Positions 41,093-55,392 of a stretch of DNA of 64,000 nt are shown here, in pieces. Origin of the DNA: Eledone cirrhosa. Its lineage: Eukaryota. Under the pieces are notes generated by a model, which ran no database searches, was not told the DNA's origin, and saw only the letters and a list, made by a program, of their open reading frames with translations. Position numbers and translations under genes: made by a program. Location: the NCBI GenBank assembly GCA_964016885.1, contig OZ024740.1, positions 269,948,001-270,012,000 of the forward strand, written 5' to 3'. Positions within the stretch are counted from its first letter, which is position 1. Every line of letters begins with the position of its first letter.

Positions 41093-42254
41093 TGCGCGCG
41101 CACGCATATTACTAAAATTTATTAATATCAAAAGAAATCCTATATAGCTATGTTTCAAACTAAAGTTATTAGTGATTACTTCATCGTAAACTATAACCAG
41201 CGAGGCTATTCTTCACAAAATACTATACAGATGAAACAAATTCTTTCTCTAATGTTATTATGTTATCACCACTGTTTGAAACATTAGTAAGTCAGCCTAC
41301 AGGTCAAACTGTTAATGATGTTATAATCATGGCTGATACTGTATTTTGACGGTATCTTTCGTTGACCCAGACTTCTTAACTATAAATTAGTAGCACTTGT
41401 CTAATTTAACCATTCGGTCGATTCTAGTTTATTCTACTCAAGTTATTTAAAAATTGTTAACTTCCTATGTAGATCAATTGGTCTTTTCGTAATATATTAT
41501 AATGTATATTAAAAAAGAAAAATCAACTGTAACGGTTGTGTATTAAGATGAAAATGTTACAAAAATGATTCGTAAGGTCTATGCCATTATCTTACATATT
41601 GCAGCAAACTATCGGAAATGTCGTGAATATTGTGAAGGCATGACTGAAGTATTTCTGCGTCATTCCAAACATTATAACTACAAAGATGATACGATAATTA
41701 AATGCAGACTGGAATGTAATCTTGTCTGCAATCTAATCGTGTCTGCGAAATTTCTTTGATCAACTAAGATTATTAATTCCACAATAATTACGATTTATAT
41801 GATTACTGATACGGGCTTATTACTTTTATCTATTGAAGAACGTATTTAATAGAAACAGTTTCTATTGCTTTCTATTAAACGTTCTCTAAAGTTCTTCACA
41901 GACTTTCACACCTGGATTTTATTGAATACATTCTAATTTAAAACCGCGCCTTTTGAACAAGTATTCACTGTCATTTCTATTGCTTTACATTAAAGATTTT
42001 TGCAATCTTACTGTCTTTTTAAGGTTGCAAAATTAGTTTAGCTTTGTTCAATGACCGTGGACGTATTATAATGTGCAATTGGTCAGAGAAGAGATGAGAT
42101 TTATTATTCCATCTGGATGTTGTAGGGAGGTGTGTAGATATGTAAGTGATGGTTGTGTAAAAGGTTATATAAGTGGATTGATGGAGTGTTGTGCGTATTG
42201 GTGTATGCTATTTAAAGTGGAAACGGGAGTTATTTGTGAATCTGAATGTTATCT

Positions 42255-42700
42255 GTAGAGACTTTGTTTCGGATTACGATTTGAACATTGAATTATATGC
42301 TTCCTCGGGCAGACTGTTGCCTTAACGATTTTGTTGAGGAAATCGGCAGTGCGGAGATCGAGGACACAAGAGGATTCAATGGCGACCGGTATGAAAACAA
42401 ATCGGTCGCTCGAGTCACGGTATTCATTTATTTTCCTCTCCTCTACATTGCGGGTGGCGGTGCCTGGTTTTGCGGCTGAGAACGATTCGCTTTTTCGACG
42501 CGTCCTAGATTAGGGATTAATCCCACGAACGGGAAGAGGGTCATTCTTTCCAGGTGTTTAACATCGCTACGGTCAAGCCCAATTTGGCTCCAGTTGTGAC
42601 GAGAAGCCGACTGCTTCGAGGGTCCTTATGATGATGCCTTTAAGAGTGGCGTGTTCAGGGAACCGGCATGCGATAAGTCGGAATGATAGCGGGTGCATGC
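42255..42700 (-). mobile_element. CRE-clade non-LTR retrotransposon RLE-domain remnant
   Basis: Minus strand: RFPEHATLKGIIIRTLEAVGFSSQLEP / GLDRSDVKH..MTLFPF / PGTATRNVEERKINEYRD..RFVFIPVAIES. Confidence 0.65.
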
Positions 42701-42704
42701 TGTA

Positions 42705-42960
42705 CTTTCAAATCCCACCGAGATCAACTTTACCTTTCATCCATTCGAGGCTGATAAAATAGTACCAGTCTAGCAAAGGGGTTGATTTTTCCTGTATGTC
42801 GCATTTTTCACTTCCATTCTCTCACTCTCTATCTTCTCTAGAAGAAATCTGTGGTATTCAGAACGGGGAAGGAGATGGGCTCTGCTATGTTTGAAAATGC
42901 CCTAGAAACGCCGTATGTCAATATGGCACACCAACGACCTCCTCAGGAGTTACGGGACAA
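42705..42960 (+). mobile_element. Old, long SINE variant (5'-truncated)
   Basis: ttcaaatccc, core ctttcatccattcgagg.tgataaaatagtaccag, tail gagatgggctc..caggagttacg. Confidence 0.6.
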
Positions 42961-43723
42961 GGCAGGCAATTTAATGGGAAATAATCATCTATTCAACGTA
43001 GATAGAGAGGTGCTTTAGGTGGTTTAAAAAATAAGAGAATGTGCGAAAACTGCCGAAGCAATTTCATTCTGCTTGGTTTTGAACTGAAGGTTTTATGAAC
43101 ATTATTACATCGTAAATTGCTCAAATACAGGTTTGCTTCCTAACGAAAATATCACGACAAACACATTTATTCTAAGCGGTCTATAATTATTTAATATTTG
43201 CCTCAAAATTTTCTGATTTTCGACTATGTAATATTAACATATCCTCAAAAGGTATTACATGTATTTTATCGACAGATGTAATTCATGAGGGCATTTGCTA
43301 AAGCAAACTATATATTTCATCAATGTGAAAGTAGAATGGTCTAAGGATTAGCCCAATCTTAGTGTGGTGCTAATAAATATAAATATTACTGAAACGCGGA
43401 AATAAAACTAGCTTTCAAATAGAGAGGTGTGTGAGAAGTGCAAAGCTTTCAGGAATTAAGGCACTTTCCAGCTTTTATGTGCTTTCAAATGTTATGCGAT
43501 TAAAAGGCATTTGGTATAATAAACAACTAAACATCCTGACAAGTCAGTTAGGTATCAATACATAATGCATCAGAATATTCGACCTGTGATCACGCATGCA
43601 CACACACATATATATGTATGTATATATATATGAATATATATATATGTATATACACATACATACATATATGTATGTATGTGCATGTTGTTTATATATATAT
43701 ATATATACATGCATATGTGTGTG

Positions 43724-43768
<45 letters not shown>

Positions 43769-43886
43769 TATATATATATATGAAAAGAATTAGGACCCCG
43801 ATAGGTGAGCTCCGACTCTACTAAACTAAGTTTCGAGTACTCTTGTGGGTTAGGTTCCACCTGGTTTTTCACCACACCCTACCTGA

Positions 43887-44562
<676 letters not shown>

Positions 44563-44938
44563 TAATCACATATATATAATCACATATACTTCTTTATTAG
44601 ACTATTTATACTCCATTTGATATTCATCAGATGTTGAAATTCAAGTACGAGAAACATTACGAAACACATCATTGCGCTTTGTAATTAATTTCATATGACA
44701 TGTATTTAGAAAGGCCATTGAATATTTTTTCCAGTTATAAAGCGTGTTAATCGATGAATCTTGTAAACAGCCTAATAGATTATACATGGTTCTGACTTTA
44801 TTCAAGCTGGATAAGATCTACACATGACATTATCCGAACGCTTACGTTATGAAGCAATAGAAACAATATCTGGTAAGTTAATGATACCAGTACTCACATA
44901 AGCATATAGGCGAAGACAAACAGCAAGAGAGAGAAACG

Positions 44939-44997
<59 letters not shown>

Positions 44998-45488
44998 GGA
45001 ATAGTTGCATATATGCGTACATATATAAGAATGTATGTAAACAGACACACAAAGCAAACGCATACACACAAAAAAAACAGACAGAAATACACACACACAC
45101 TCACTGCTCTGCGACTTTCTCAGTCTTCATCTACCAGTATTGTAACTCATCGGAATACTCCTGTGACTTGGATTCCTGCATGTTGTCGACTTTAATAACG
45201 GATCGAGCTTGACGCAGTTTAGCAATAATGTAGTGGATTACTCCACTCTCCTTATCTTTCTTTCTCTCTCTTTCTCTTTCTCTCTCTCTGTCCATATATA
45301 TATTATTTCTGAAGACAGAATATATGTGTGAAGGTATGTATATTTCCTCTGATAGTTTGTAAAATATTTTTACATAGATCTATATGATATACTTACCAAC
45401 ACACACATATATCCTAGAAACGATCGTAAAATTATGATATTTTTAATATAAGGAACTTGTTCTTTGTTTTTATTCTTTGTTTTTATTA

Positions 45489-45566
<78 letters not shown>

Positions 45567-45567
45567 T

Positions 45568-45629
<62 letters not shown>

Positions 45630-45634
<5 letters not shown>

Positions 45635-45888
45635 ATAATAATAAATTTGAAGACTAAAATCCAAAGAGGGCTCGATAAGGATAAATATATATCAAATATA
45701 AATACCGTAGAGCAAATATTTATTAAAATAACAGATTAAAGTTTAAGCAAAGAATCGCTTCCTGTCTTCCTCCGGTTGCAACGTTTTTTGAAATATCCAC
45801 TTCTGCGTTTACAGATTGACTTTGTTAGTTTCAGAAGATCCCGTTAAGTGTGAAAGCAGCGATTCTTTGCTTAAACTTTAATCTGTTA

Positions 45889-45893
<5 letters not shown>
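45630..45893. mobile_element. Family A Penelope-type terminus with inversion; CAGAAGA hammerhead-like motif at 45827-45877
   Basis: Homologous to 1774-1992; flanked by (TA)n. Confidence 0.7.
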
Positions 45894-45939
<46 letters not shown>

Positions 45940-46029
45940 CGAAGGAAATGTGGTAAGGAACCAGGTGGACCATAACGCACCAAAGTACTCAATACTTGGG
46001 GTAGTAGAGTGGGTAATAGGAACCAGTAA

Positions 46030-46125
46030 GATCCCGACGGCTGAGCTCAAGCCGTTTCGACGGCTAATTCTGGACTAAATGAAAATTTATCCTGGTATTT
46101 AAATAGCCGATCTTCTCAAGGGGTA
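46030..46125 (-). ncRNA. Type I hammerhead, U3-A8 covariant core UUGAGAA, extended stems II and III
   Basis: tacccc TTGAGAA ga(t)cggcta..tagccgtc GAAA cggct..agccg TC gggatc. Confidence 0.7.
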
Positions 46126-47319
46126 ATTCCATATATGGTCAAAGTGATTGTCAAAAATCAGTAATAATTCTGTGATTGCAAATTAGTAGGGGAGATGGTG
46201 GCTAAACCTGCCAGTAGGAGAAAGAGGGGAAGGGGTGGAGTAGACCCAATCAAGCGTTGGTAGTGCCAGCTACAGCTGGGCATGAGGTCAAAGAAGATAC
46301 TGGGGAGGGGGAGGGGGAGGAAGTCGGACCGGTAGGGGGGTAAAAATATATATGAAAGAAAAAATACTGAGAATGAAGAAAAGCGGATAAGTGTAAAGAA
46401 AAAAGTAAAGCATGTTCTACGACCTAGGTCTCTAGCTATTGTTAGGCTAGAATAAATAAATAAAGAAAGAAAGAAAGAAAGAAGTAAAGAAAGAAATAAA
46501 GAAATAACGAAATAAGTAAATGAACTAGGTGGGACGGATAAGGCAAGGACCCTTTTAAGAGGTATAAGCACGTAAATGATACGGTGACGGGTCAACAAAT
46601 GGGGCCAAAATACTAAAGAGACTACCACGAAATAAATAATAAAGGTTTCTATCCCGGGCACAATGCCAGCAACCACCCAGTGCAGCAAAGTGAACTAGTA
46701 CGAGATAATAATTCTGAGTCCCGAAAAAAAAAAATACTAATGCTAACTCTAAAAGATCTAAAACAAGCTACATGAAAGTTCGTACGAAGTAAAGGTAGAA
46801 TACGGAAAAATAAATTCAGAATCCACCCCGCCCAAAAGAAAAGCGAAGAAAGAAATACTGAAACGAGAAAATAAGGCATAAGTGCCACTAAGAAATATAG
46901 AAGGCACGGAGAATAGTGGGAGCGGTCGGAAAAAGGGGGCAAGTATCCGGGGTCTAAACCAACTGCTATAAAAGGCGGAGTCCACCAAATCTATCAGAGA
47001 CTAGGGAAGAGGGTAGGGGTACTAAGGCTACAAGGTGCCAAAGGGCAGCCTCGGGTGGGCGAGAAAAGACGCCGACAAAGGAGAAGAGTTGGGGTAGAAG
47101 GACTAAGGAGGGAAGGGGGGAAGGAAATAAAGGAAGCGATAAAAGAATAAAAAGATCTTACGTCTCCCTTGGCAAGCAGGGGTTACCCATTGCAAAATCG
47201 GCTAATGGGGTGTTATAGCCTAGTCTACCCCCCCCCCCGGGTCATTATGGGGTTTGAGGGCGAGGTAAGTCCTACGCAATCTATGTTTACATGCAGTAAC
47301 CAGTTGATCTTTCTTGTTT

Positions 47320-48100
47320 AGGAGTTGGTCCGTCGAAAACAGCATTTGTAAAGTTTCCTCCGAGCATAAATTTCACGGACGGCGTCCTCCCGTGTAAGAA
47401 TTGGCTCTGGACAGTAATCTCCAAGTGAGATCATAGGTGATATTGTTGTCCTTGAGGTCCCATATGTGGCCCGAAAGTGTAGTGGCGTGACGCCGGGCCG
47501 GGTTTCGGAAGGTATGTCTATGTTGGTATAGCCGGGTCTTGAAGTCACATGCGGTAAGTCCTATATAGGCTTTGTTGGAGGTATCCGTCCTCACGTTGCA
47601 CTGGTAGATCACATTACGGTCTCTGCATCTATTGTCGAGTGGGCAAATGGATCTATCCGGACAGTTACACCTCCTGGTCGGTTCTCCACTGCTATTTAGG
47701 TTATTTCTGCCATCGGGGTTGAGTTTTTTGTTGTTAGAGGAGACGATGTTTTGTGCGAAGTTTGGTGTAGTGCTGTAAGAGAGTTTGGTGGTATTTTTGT
47801 TAATTATGTTGTGGTAGCGGTGTTGTAATGGGAAGTGTTTTTCAATGAGCCTGAAGAATAGATTCCCGATGGGAGTTGTCACCTCTGCGTTGTGGGGAGG
47901 ATTGAACCATGTTACATTGCGTGAGCGGCGGAGTCTCCTGCTGGTTCCGCTAATGGGAGCTGGACAGTAGGATATATCCTCCCGGAAACCACTCCGCTTG
48001 AGGGCCTGGTTGTAATAAGGCGCATGTTCATCGAATATCCGCTCATTAGCTGACAAACGGGATATGCGGAGGGAGATGTTTTTGACCAGGTTTTTTGTGA
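47320..48100 (-). pseudogene. Penelope RT C-terminus plus GIY-YIG endonuclease (5'-truncated, one internal stop)
   Basis: RLSANERIF..YYNQALKRSG, WFNPPH, KHFP, KLSYSTTPN, CNCPDRSICP, VIYQ..AYIGLT..FKTRLYQH. Confidence 0.9.
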
Positions 48101-48342
48101 TGTTCCTATATTTTTACCCCCCATTGTTCTACCTACCGTTCCGACTTCCTCCCCCTCCCCCTCCCCAGTATCTTCTTTGACCTCATGCCCAGCTGTAGCT
48201 GGCACTACCAACGCTTGATTGGGTCTACTCCACCCCCTCCCCTCTATCTCCTACTGGCAGGTTTAGCCACCATCTCCCCTACTAATTTGCAATCACAGAA
48301 TTACTACTGATTTTTGACAATCACTTTGACCATATATGGAAT

Positions 48343-48438
48343 GACCCCTCGAGAAGATCGGCTATTTAAATACCAGGATAAATTTTCATTTAGTCCAGAA
48401 TTAGCCGTCGAAACGGCTTGAGCTCAGCCGTCGGGGTC
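48343..48438 (+). ncRNA. Inverted copy of the U3-A8 hammerhead (UCGAGAA)
   Basis: Perfect stem I gacccc/ggggtc; predicted cleavage after GUC at 48432. Confidence 0.7.
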
Positions 48439-48447
48439 TTACTGGTT

Positions 48448-48582
<135 letters not shown>

Positions 48583-50329
48583 ACTGGTAGTATTTATATA
48601 TAAACGTCCTTTAAATGATATAGTCGATCATACCAATGCGATCCCAATACAAACAAACAAATATTTCGTGTACTACAATAACAAAATTCTCCAGTTTCAG
48701 ATTTACGTCATATTCCTCTCAGGCAGTATTAGGTTTTGCTTTTGCCAATTCTGTTCTGTCCACTCTATCAGAAAGTTTCAATGTATTGGGTTCCCTTGCC
48801 AATGTTTTAGGATGGGGATTCATTTCATATTATATGTTAGTTTCTTTCTTTTCATAAAATTCCTGATGGCTGTCAATTCTCCTCGCAAATATCTCAATAC
48901 AACCTATTCTATACATTCGTTCACAACAGGAAACTCTGTAAGTTTTTAAAGGTTTTGTATCTATTGTTTTCTCAATATTGTTTATGTACTCGTACGCTAA
49001 AAAACATATTACCTTCCAGTCTTATAAATGTGAGGTGGACAAACCAACATTTGTTGATTCTTAAAGGAGCTTGTTAGTATTGGTTATGGTAACTTTCCCG
49101 GACACTATCACATAAGTAAAATTTTATGCTAATTAAATTTTATGTATTCAAAAATAAGCTTTAAAAGAATTTATTATATCAAATAAACAAAAAATAAAAC
49201 ATAAACGTTTCAAAAAGTGTGGGGGGGGGGGGTCCCCTGATACCCCCCTGAAACAAGGCCCTTGCTTCCAGACAAATATTTTAATTGTGTGACATATTGT
49301 GTTTGTTGGCGCATTGTTTTTCTCTATATTCTTATTAACCAATTTGAGCTTCTGTTGTGGATATTACAATTATATCTGATTGCTTGTTGGATTTTAACCA
49401 GGATGGTTATTAATTTTCAAATGCAATATTATTACAGTTGCGCTGTTTCTTAAGCCTTTGAAAATAATATGGTTTTCACTTTGGTGAGCCATTTAGGTGT
49501 TCTTTCTGTTTCTGTCAGTAGATTATTAGATTTGTATGGAAGCTGTTCGTCATTTAAAGTGTTAACGATATGTATGGAAATATACACCATTGCATTTGTT
49601 CCTATTAAGAGATGCATTTTTTGTTTTGATCATTCTCTTCCGTGGCATTCTATAGGAAATGATCGACAAGATGCCAGACCTCCTTCGATGAAACTCGCCA
49701 GATGGGACCAAGGGAACAGTGTTTCCCTTGTTATTTCAAATTGCTAGTATTCACTACCAATAGCAACTCCTGATAGAAAGAAGAATGTGAAATAAAACGT
49801 ATTGCTGAAGGACATAACGCATTGTCTGACCCAGGAATCGAACCCACAACTTCACGATTGTGAATCCAACTCTTTAACCAATAAGTAACTCTTCAACGCT
49901 TCTACTTCAATATATTGATGTTGAATAATTGTCTCATTTTTTAGTCCTTGATAAAATCGATGATTTTGTTCAATATAGGTACGTATTATTTAAATTTTTT
50001 AAAAGAGAAAATATTGATGTTTTGCTGTTTAGCTTGAATGTGTCAATATCTATGTGTGATATATATATATATATTTGCATTTGAGAATTTGTCTCAGATC
50101 ATAATGTGATCCAAATTTATTTTTATCAGGGTTATTCTCTCCTGATATTATATGTATATGTTGTGATAATCTCTATCTTTTGACAAACTGTAACATTTTA
50201 TAGAAATGAATTCCTTTCTTATCTATATATGTATTTAAGGAATTTTAAGAATAACGTCTTATCTTTAATTTAAATTGCTATCATTTCCACCGGAAATTGG
50301 TAATTGTCAACCTGAAATACATGTCAAAT

Positions 50330-50830
50330 TCATATTAAGACTAAGAGAGTTATTTGTTGTGTGTGTGCAGATCTAGATTCCCAAGAGATTGTTCCTCAGT
50401 GATAATACTCACATACGTTTCTTATCATACCCAAGGTCCCAATGATGACTCGCAGCAGTGTTTACGCTTTAAGGGATTTGCATCTGCTCAGACTTTTAAA
50501 TTCATTTATTGATATATTTTTATCTGATCTTATATTCATATTAATTAATTTGCAGGGTTTATCTATCTTATCCATTGTGATGATATTTAGACTATTTTCT
50601 TGAGATCTCTGGCCTGTACTACCTGGCAAATCCCAACAAGCTTTTACAATGTCTCCTTTTTCTATTGGTGGTGTACATACCAGTTGGTGGATGTTTTATT
50701 TTTTAGTGGTTGTATAACTTTCCGTGTAGATATTGGTTTACTCGGCCATATCGTTTCTTCTACTAATTTGGCAATATTGGTCAACCTAAAATAAGTTGCT
50801 CTATTGTTTCATCCTTTTACTCCGAAAATG
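50330..50830 (-). mobile_element. Highly degraded R4/Dong-type remnant
   Basis: Fragments RYGRVNQYL, CWDL..T...NIITMDK and VIIGTLGMIR parallel the element at 3675-4515. Confidence 0.45.
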
Positions 50831-50851
50831 TGCAGTTTGGGTCTCAATGTA

Positions 50852-51046
50852 AATAATTGTTTCTATTTTTGGTACAAGTCCAGCAATTATCCCAGTGCAT
50901 TACTGGTACTTTATTTTATCGACCCCGTAAGGATGAAAGGCAAAGTTAACCTCGGCGGGATTTGAATTCAGAATGGCAAGGGCCGTAACTCTATGCGACA
51001 AAGCATGGCATCTGACCCTTTACTGATACTGCCAATCTACCACCCT
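50852..51046 (-). mobile_element. tRNA-SINE
   Basis: Reverse complement of the consensus, flanked by the direct repeat ctcaatgtaaataat (target-site duplication). Confidence 0.88.
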
Positions 51047-51499
51047 CAATGTAAATAATACAAGAATACACATTATCTAAGTTCTTAAGTATATTTTGTA
51101 TGTTTTAGTGTAGCTACATGCCACTATTACTCAAGTATTAAATAATATGTCAGATATTGTACAAATTAAACAGGTCTGAATTTTTTAACTTTAAAACCGT
51201 TTGATTAATACTTTCTATCCGCGCCTTAAATATTTAATTGAGAAAATGTGTCTGATATATACACAGATATTTAGTATAACCTGATCTAATCATGTCTACA
51301 TTTTAAAAGCTACACATTTCGGAAGGTGTATTTTAATTACTCAATTCTCAGACTACTATGATAAACCCTAGATCGCCTTATCATTTACAGATATAATGGT
51401 GTCCTCAAGGAGTAGGTTGATCTGAAATTGTAATTGTTGTACTACATTTCTAAACCATAATACCAATCTTAGTGTTTATAGCCAAAGCTTAATATCGGT

Positions 51500-51705
51500 T
51501 TCTTATATAGGCACAAGGCAATTTTGAGGAGGGGGGGTCGATTAAATTGACCCCATTGCGTGGCTGGTACTTTATTTTATCAACCCCGTAAAGATGAAAC
51601 GCAAAGTTAACCTCGGCGGGATTTGAACCAGATCATAAAGGGTCGTAATTCTATGCTGCGAAGCATGGCACCCGACTCTCTACCGATACTGCCAATCCAT
51701 CGCCT
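51500..51705 (-). mobile_element. tRNA-SINE subfamily with an internal hairpin (ggggtcgattaaattgacccc)
   Basis: Reverse complement of the consensus; flanks resemble a direct repeat (gccaaagcttaatat / gccaaaccttaatat). Confidence 0.85.
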
Positions 51706-52246
51706 TTAGGCCAAACCTTAATATTACAACCATATTGTGATCACAACTTCAAGAATATCACTTTAAAATGCATGTTATTTTGAACCTAACTAGTAGTAAT
51801 ATGATCCTTCTTGATTTTAGTTTATGAAAAAAAGCGAAACAATGTTTCTGGATTTTCCATAGTTAGTGATAAAAGTCTCATCCACCATCCTGCATCCTTT
51901 CAAATTTAATTTATTTGTTTATGTTTCTTGTGATTTAGTCCCTAGTGCAACATATTGCTCTAATCTCGAATTCTTGTCAGTGGTTCATCATCCAATACCC
52001 AATGCTATAACCGAGCTATAGCATAACATTATTCAATCACAAAAAAATATATGAAACTCGTTGTTCTTATCTATCGATTTTCGATGTAGACCATAAATTG
52101 GATTATGCATTATTTCAATAGTATATTCGGCCGTGCTGGGGACTCAGGGACTATGTCAACTCCTTTCAAGTTTGGAAGTAATAGTATAGCATTTTATTGT
52201 CGCAGATATACGTAATTTCCCACCCGTGGCAACAAAGCCCACTCTC

Positions 52247-52327
<81 letters not shown>

Positions 52328-53862
52328 ATGCTTCCACAGCACACGTTTAATTTGGTCCAAATTAAGGATTTGCTAATGCCCTGGTTTCAAGTAGGTACAA
52401 TTTGCACGGTTTCTTGTCCAAAGTTATCTAGATCCAGTTGGATCAACAGGGCAGAATAGTAAGAGTTGATACTGGAGTCAAGAGCTGGCTGGAGCTTAAT
52501 AGATAAAACAATTCGGGGTTTAATTCCAATATTTTGGCACAAATGACATCACTGGCGATTAGTGAATGTCAGTCGAGTGTGCCACAGTCTTATCCTTAAC
52601 ACAAGGTGTCATTTAATGTCTGACAATTTGATTTTCTTAGACACAAATGATATAACTGGCGATTATTCAATGTCAATAGAGTGTGCCCCAGTCTTACCCT
52701 TAACACAAGGCACCATTTAATGTGATGTTTCCCAACATCTAGACAAATGGTACTCTTAGAACTAATGTTCTATTAATGAGTACACAGTCACCAACACGAT
52801 AATGAATATGTACTGAGCAGAAATAATTCGCGTATATATGTTGAAGCACAAACACAATATTTTGATTTTTAATTACATGATACAAACCTAATTTTACTAG
52901 AAAGCAAAACATTTCTGTATATGAAATGAATCTTATTAAATTGAGAACAAGGGGGGTGGGGGTGAAAAACGAGTTAGATCAAGTTGGTATTTAACCTCAA
53001 AATATACAGGTTAAAATGCCTAGCTTTTTCAATAAAGTATATTACGCAGTAAAATCGCCCTTATCTTCGAACTAAATACTATTATCTAAATAAGCTGCTG
53101 TTGATATATATATTTATTTATGTTTCGTTTATTTGTATATGGATGCATTTTTCAACATATTCTAGTTAATCTATTATATTAAACTCGAGGTTTCTGAGGT
53201 ATAAAAGTCTGCTACGCTGAAAAGGGATGATAAGACAGTTTTTGATTGTGTAATAGAGAGATAAAGTGAGAGAAAGGGAGAGAGAGAGAGAGAGAGAGAG
53301 TAAGTGAGTGAGTGAGAGAGAGAGAAAGAGAGAGATAGAGAGAGAGATAATGATCGTGATGAAGGTGGTGGGGCCTTCAAGTCGCTATGAAATGAAGATA
53401 ACAAATAAGTGAGAGAAAAAGAAAGTACGATGGTGGTGTTTATGATCTCACGCCGTTATGGAATGATAATAGCAAGTGTGTGGGACAGGAAAAGGAGAGA
53501 GTGAGAGGAAGTTGTAGAAAGTTGAATAGAGATGGAGAGAAAAAAATTACTGTTGACATGATGGTAAAAGTATGTGTCTCTGAGAGAGAGAGAGGGGCGA
53601 GACAGAGGGGAGACAGAGAGGGGGAGACAGAGAGAATGAGAGAGAAAGAGTGGGAGGGAGGGAATGCTGGCTCAAGTCGTAAAGGAACGAGGACCGTAAG
53701 AGTATGTCTAAGCGGGAAAGAGAGAACCGATGGTGGTGGTGGTAGCAACGCCGAAAACCACATTGTGCCATGAATGGAAAGCTGATGGTAAGATTAAGTG
53801 TGTGGAGGGAGAAAAAGAGAGGGGGAGTGTGTGTGTGTCAGAGAGAGAAAAAGAGTGAGGGA

Positions 53863-53900
<38 letters not shown>

Positions 53901-54048
53901 AGTGTGTGTGTGCGTGAGAGAGAGAGAGAGAAATGGTGTATTCAAAAAAGAAAAAGACGCGAGAAGAGAAAAATTACACAAAAAATATTCTCTATTCTTT
54001 AACCATAAATGATCAAATATTCCACTTTAGTAATTTGAGTCGATTTAT

Positions 54049-54722
<674 letters not shown>

Positions 54723-54775
54723 ATATAATGAAATGACAGGAGGCTGGATTTGTGTAAATCCTTGAAAGGTTTATT

Positions 54776-54833
54776 ATACTATGATCATTTCAATGACCGG
54801 GTTCCGTATGAATCCGTTGATATCATCAGGTAT
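54776..54833 (-). ncRNA. Minimal type I hammerhead in a 310-bp orphan insert (54722-55031) between (TA)n tracts
   Basis: atac CTGATGA ..cgg.ttc..gaa.ccg.. GAAA T-GATC-A TA gtat, followed by AATAAA. Confidence 0.65.
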
Positions 54834-55028
54834 TCGAAATATAATACGTGAATGTAATAGGTAAAGTCCATGGGACTGAAAATCGAGACCCGAGGGCGAC
54901 CACTATTCTGTTCCTTCAACCTCAGCCGGTCGCCCTTGAGCTGCTTTACGTTGAGTACTCTCTATATTATTGCATTACGATTGACCATACGGAATAGACC
55001 AGCTCTATACAGTGGTGAACCTCAAACC

Positions 55029-55082
<54 letters not shown>

Positions 55083-55138
55083 TATATGTATATATACACA
55101 TATATATATATATACATATATATATACACATAAATAAA

Positions 55139-55174
<36 letters not shown>

Positions 55175-55392
55175 CATATATGTATATATATATAAGTATG
55201 TATACGTACATACATATATGTATACAAACGAACAGTAGTATGTATATACATACGCACATGCACACATATATATATGTACATCTGTATACATATATGTATG
55301 TACGTATACATACTTATATTTAAGTATCAGCCGTACTAAGAGTGAGATGTGAAATTTCATTTTTTCCATTTATATATATATATGTATGTATG

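Noticed and set aside
44590-44635. Minus-strand CTGATGA...aaatagtc hammerhead remnant
   Set aside because: G12 is missing and stem I does not pair; too degraded to call
48600-49265. Possible DNA transposase remnant (EFPVVNECIE) and G/C-rich terminus
   Set aside because: Only one weak motif with many stops; cannot be supported
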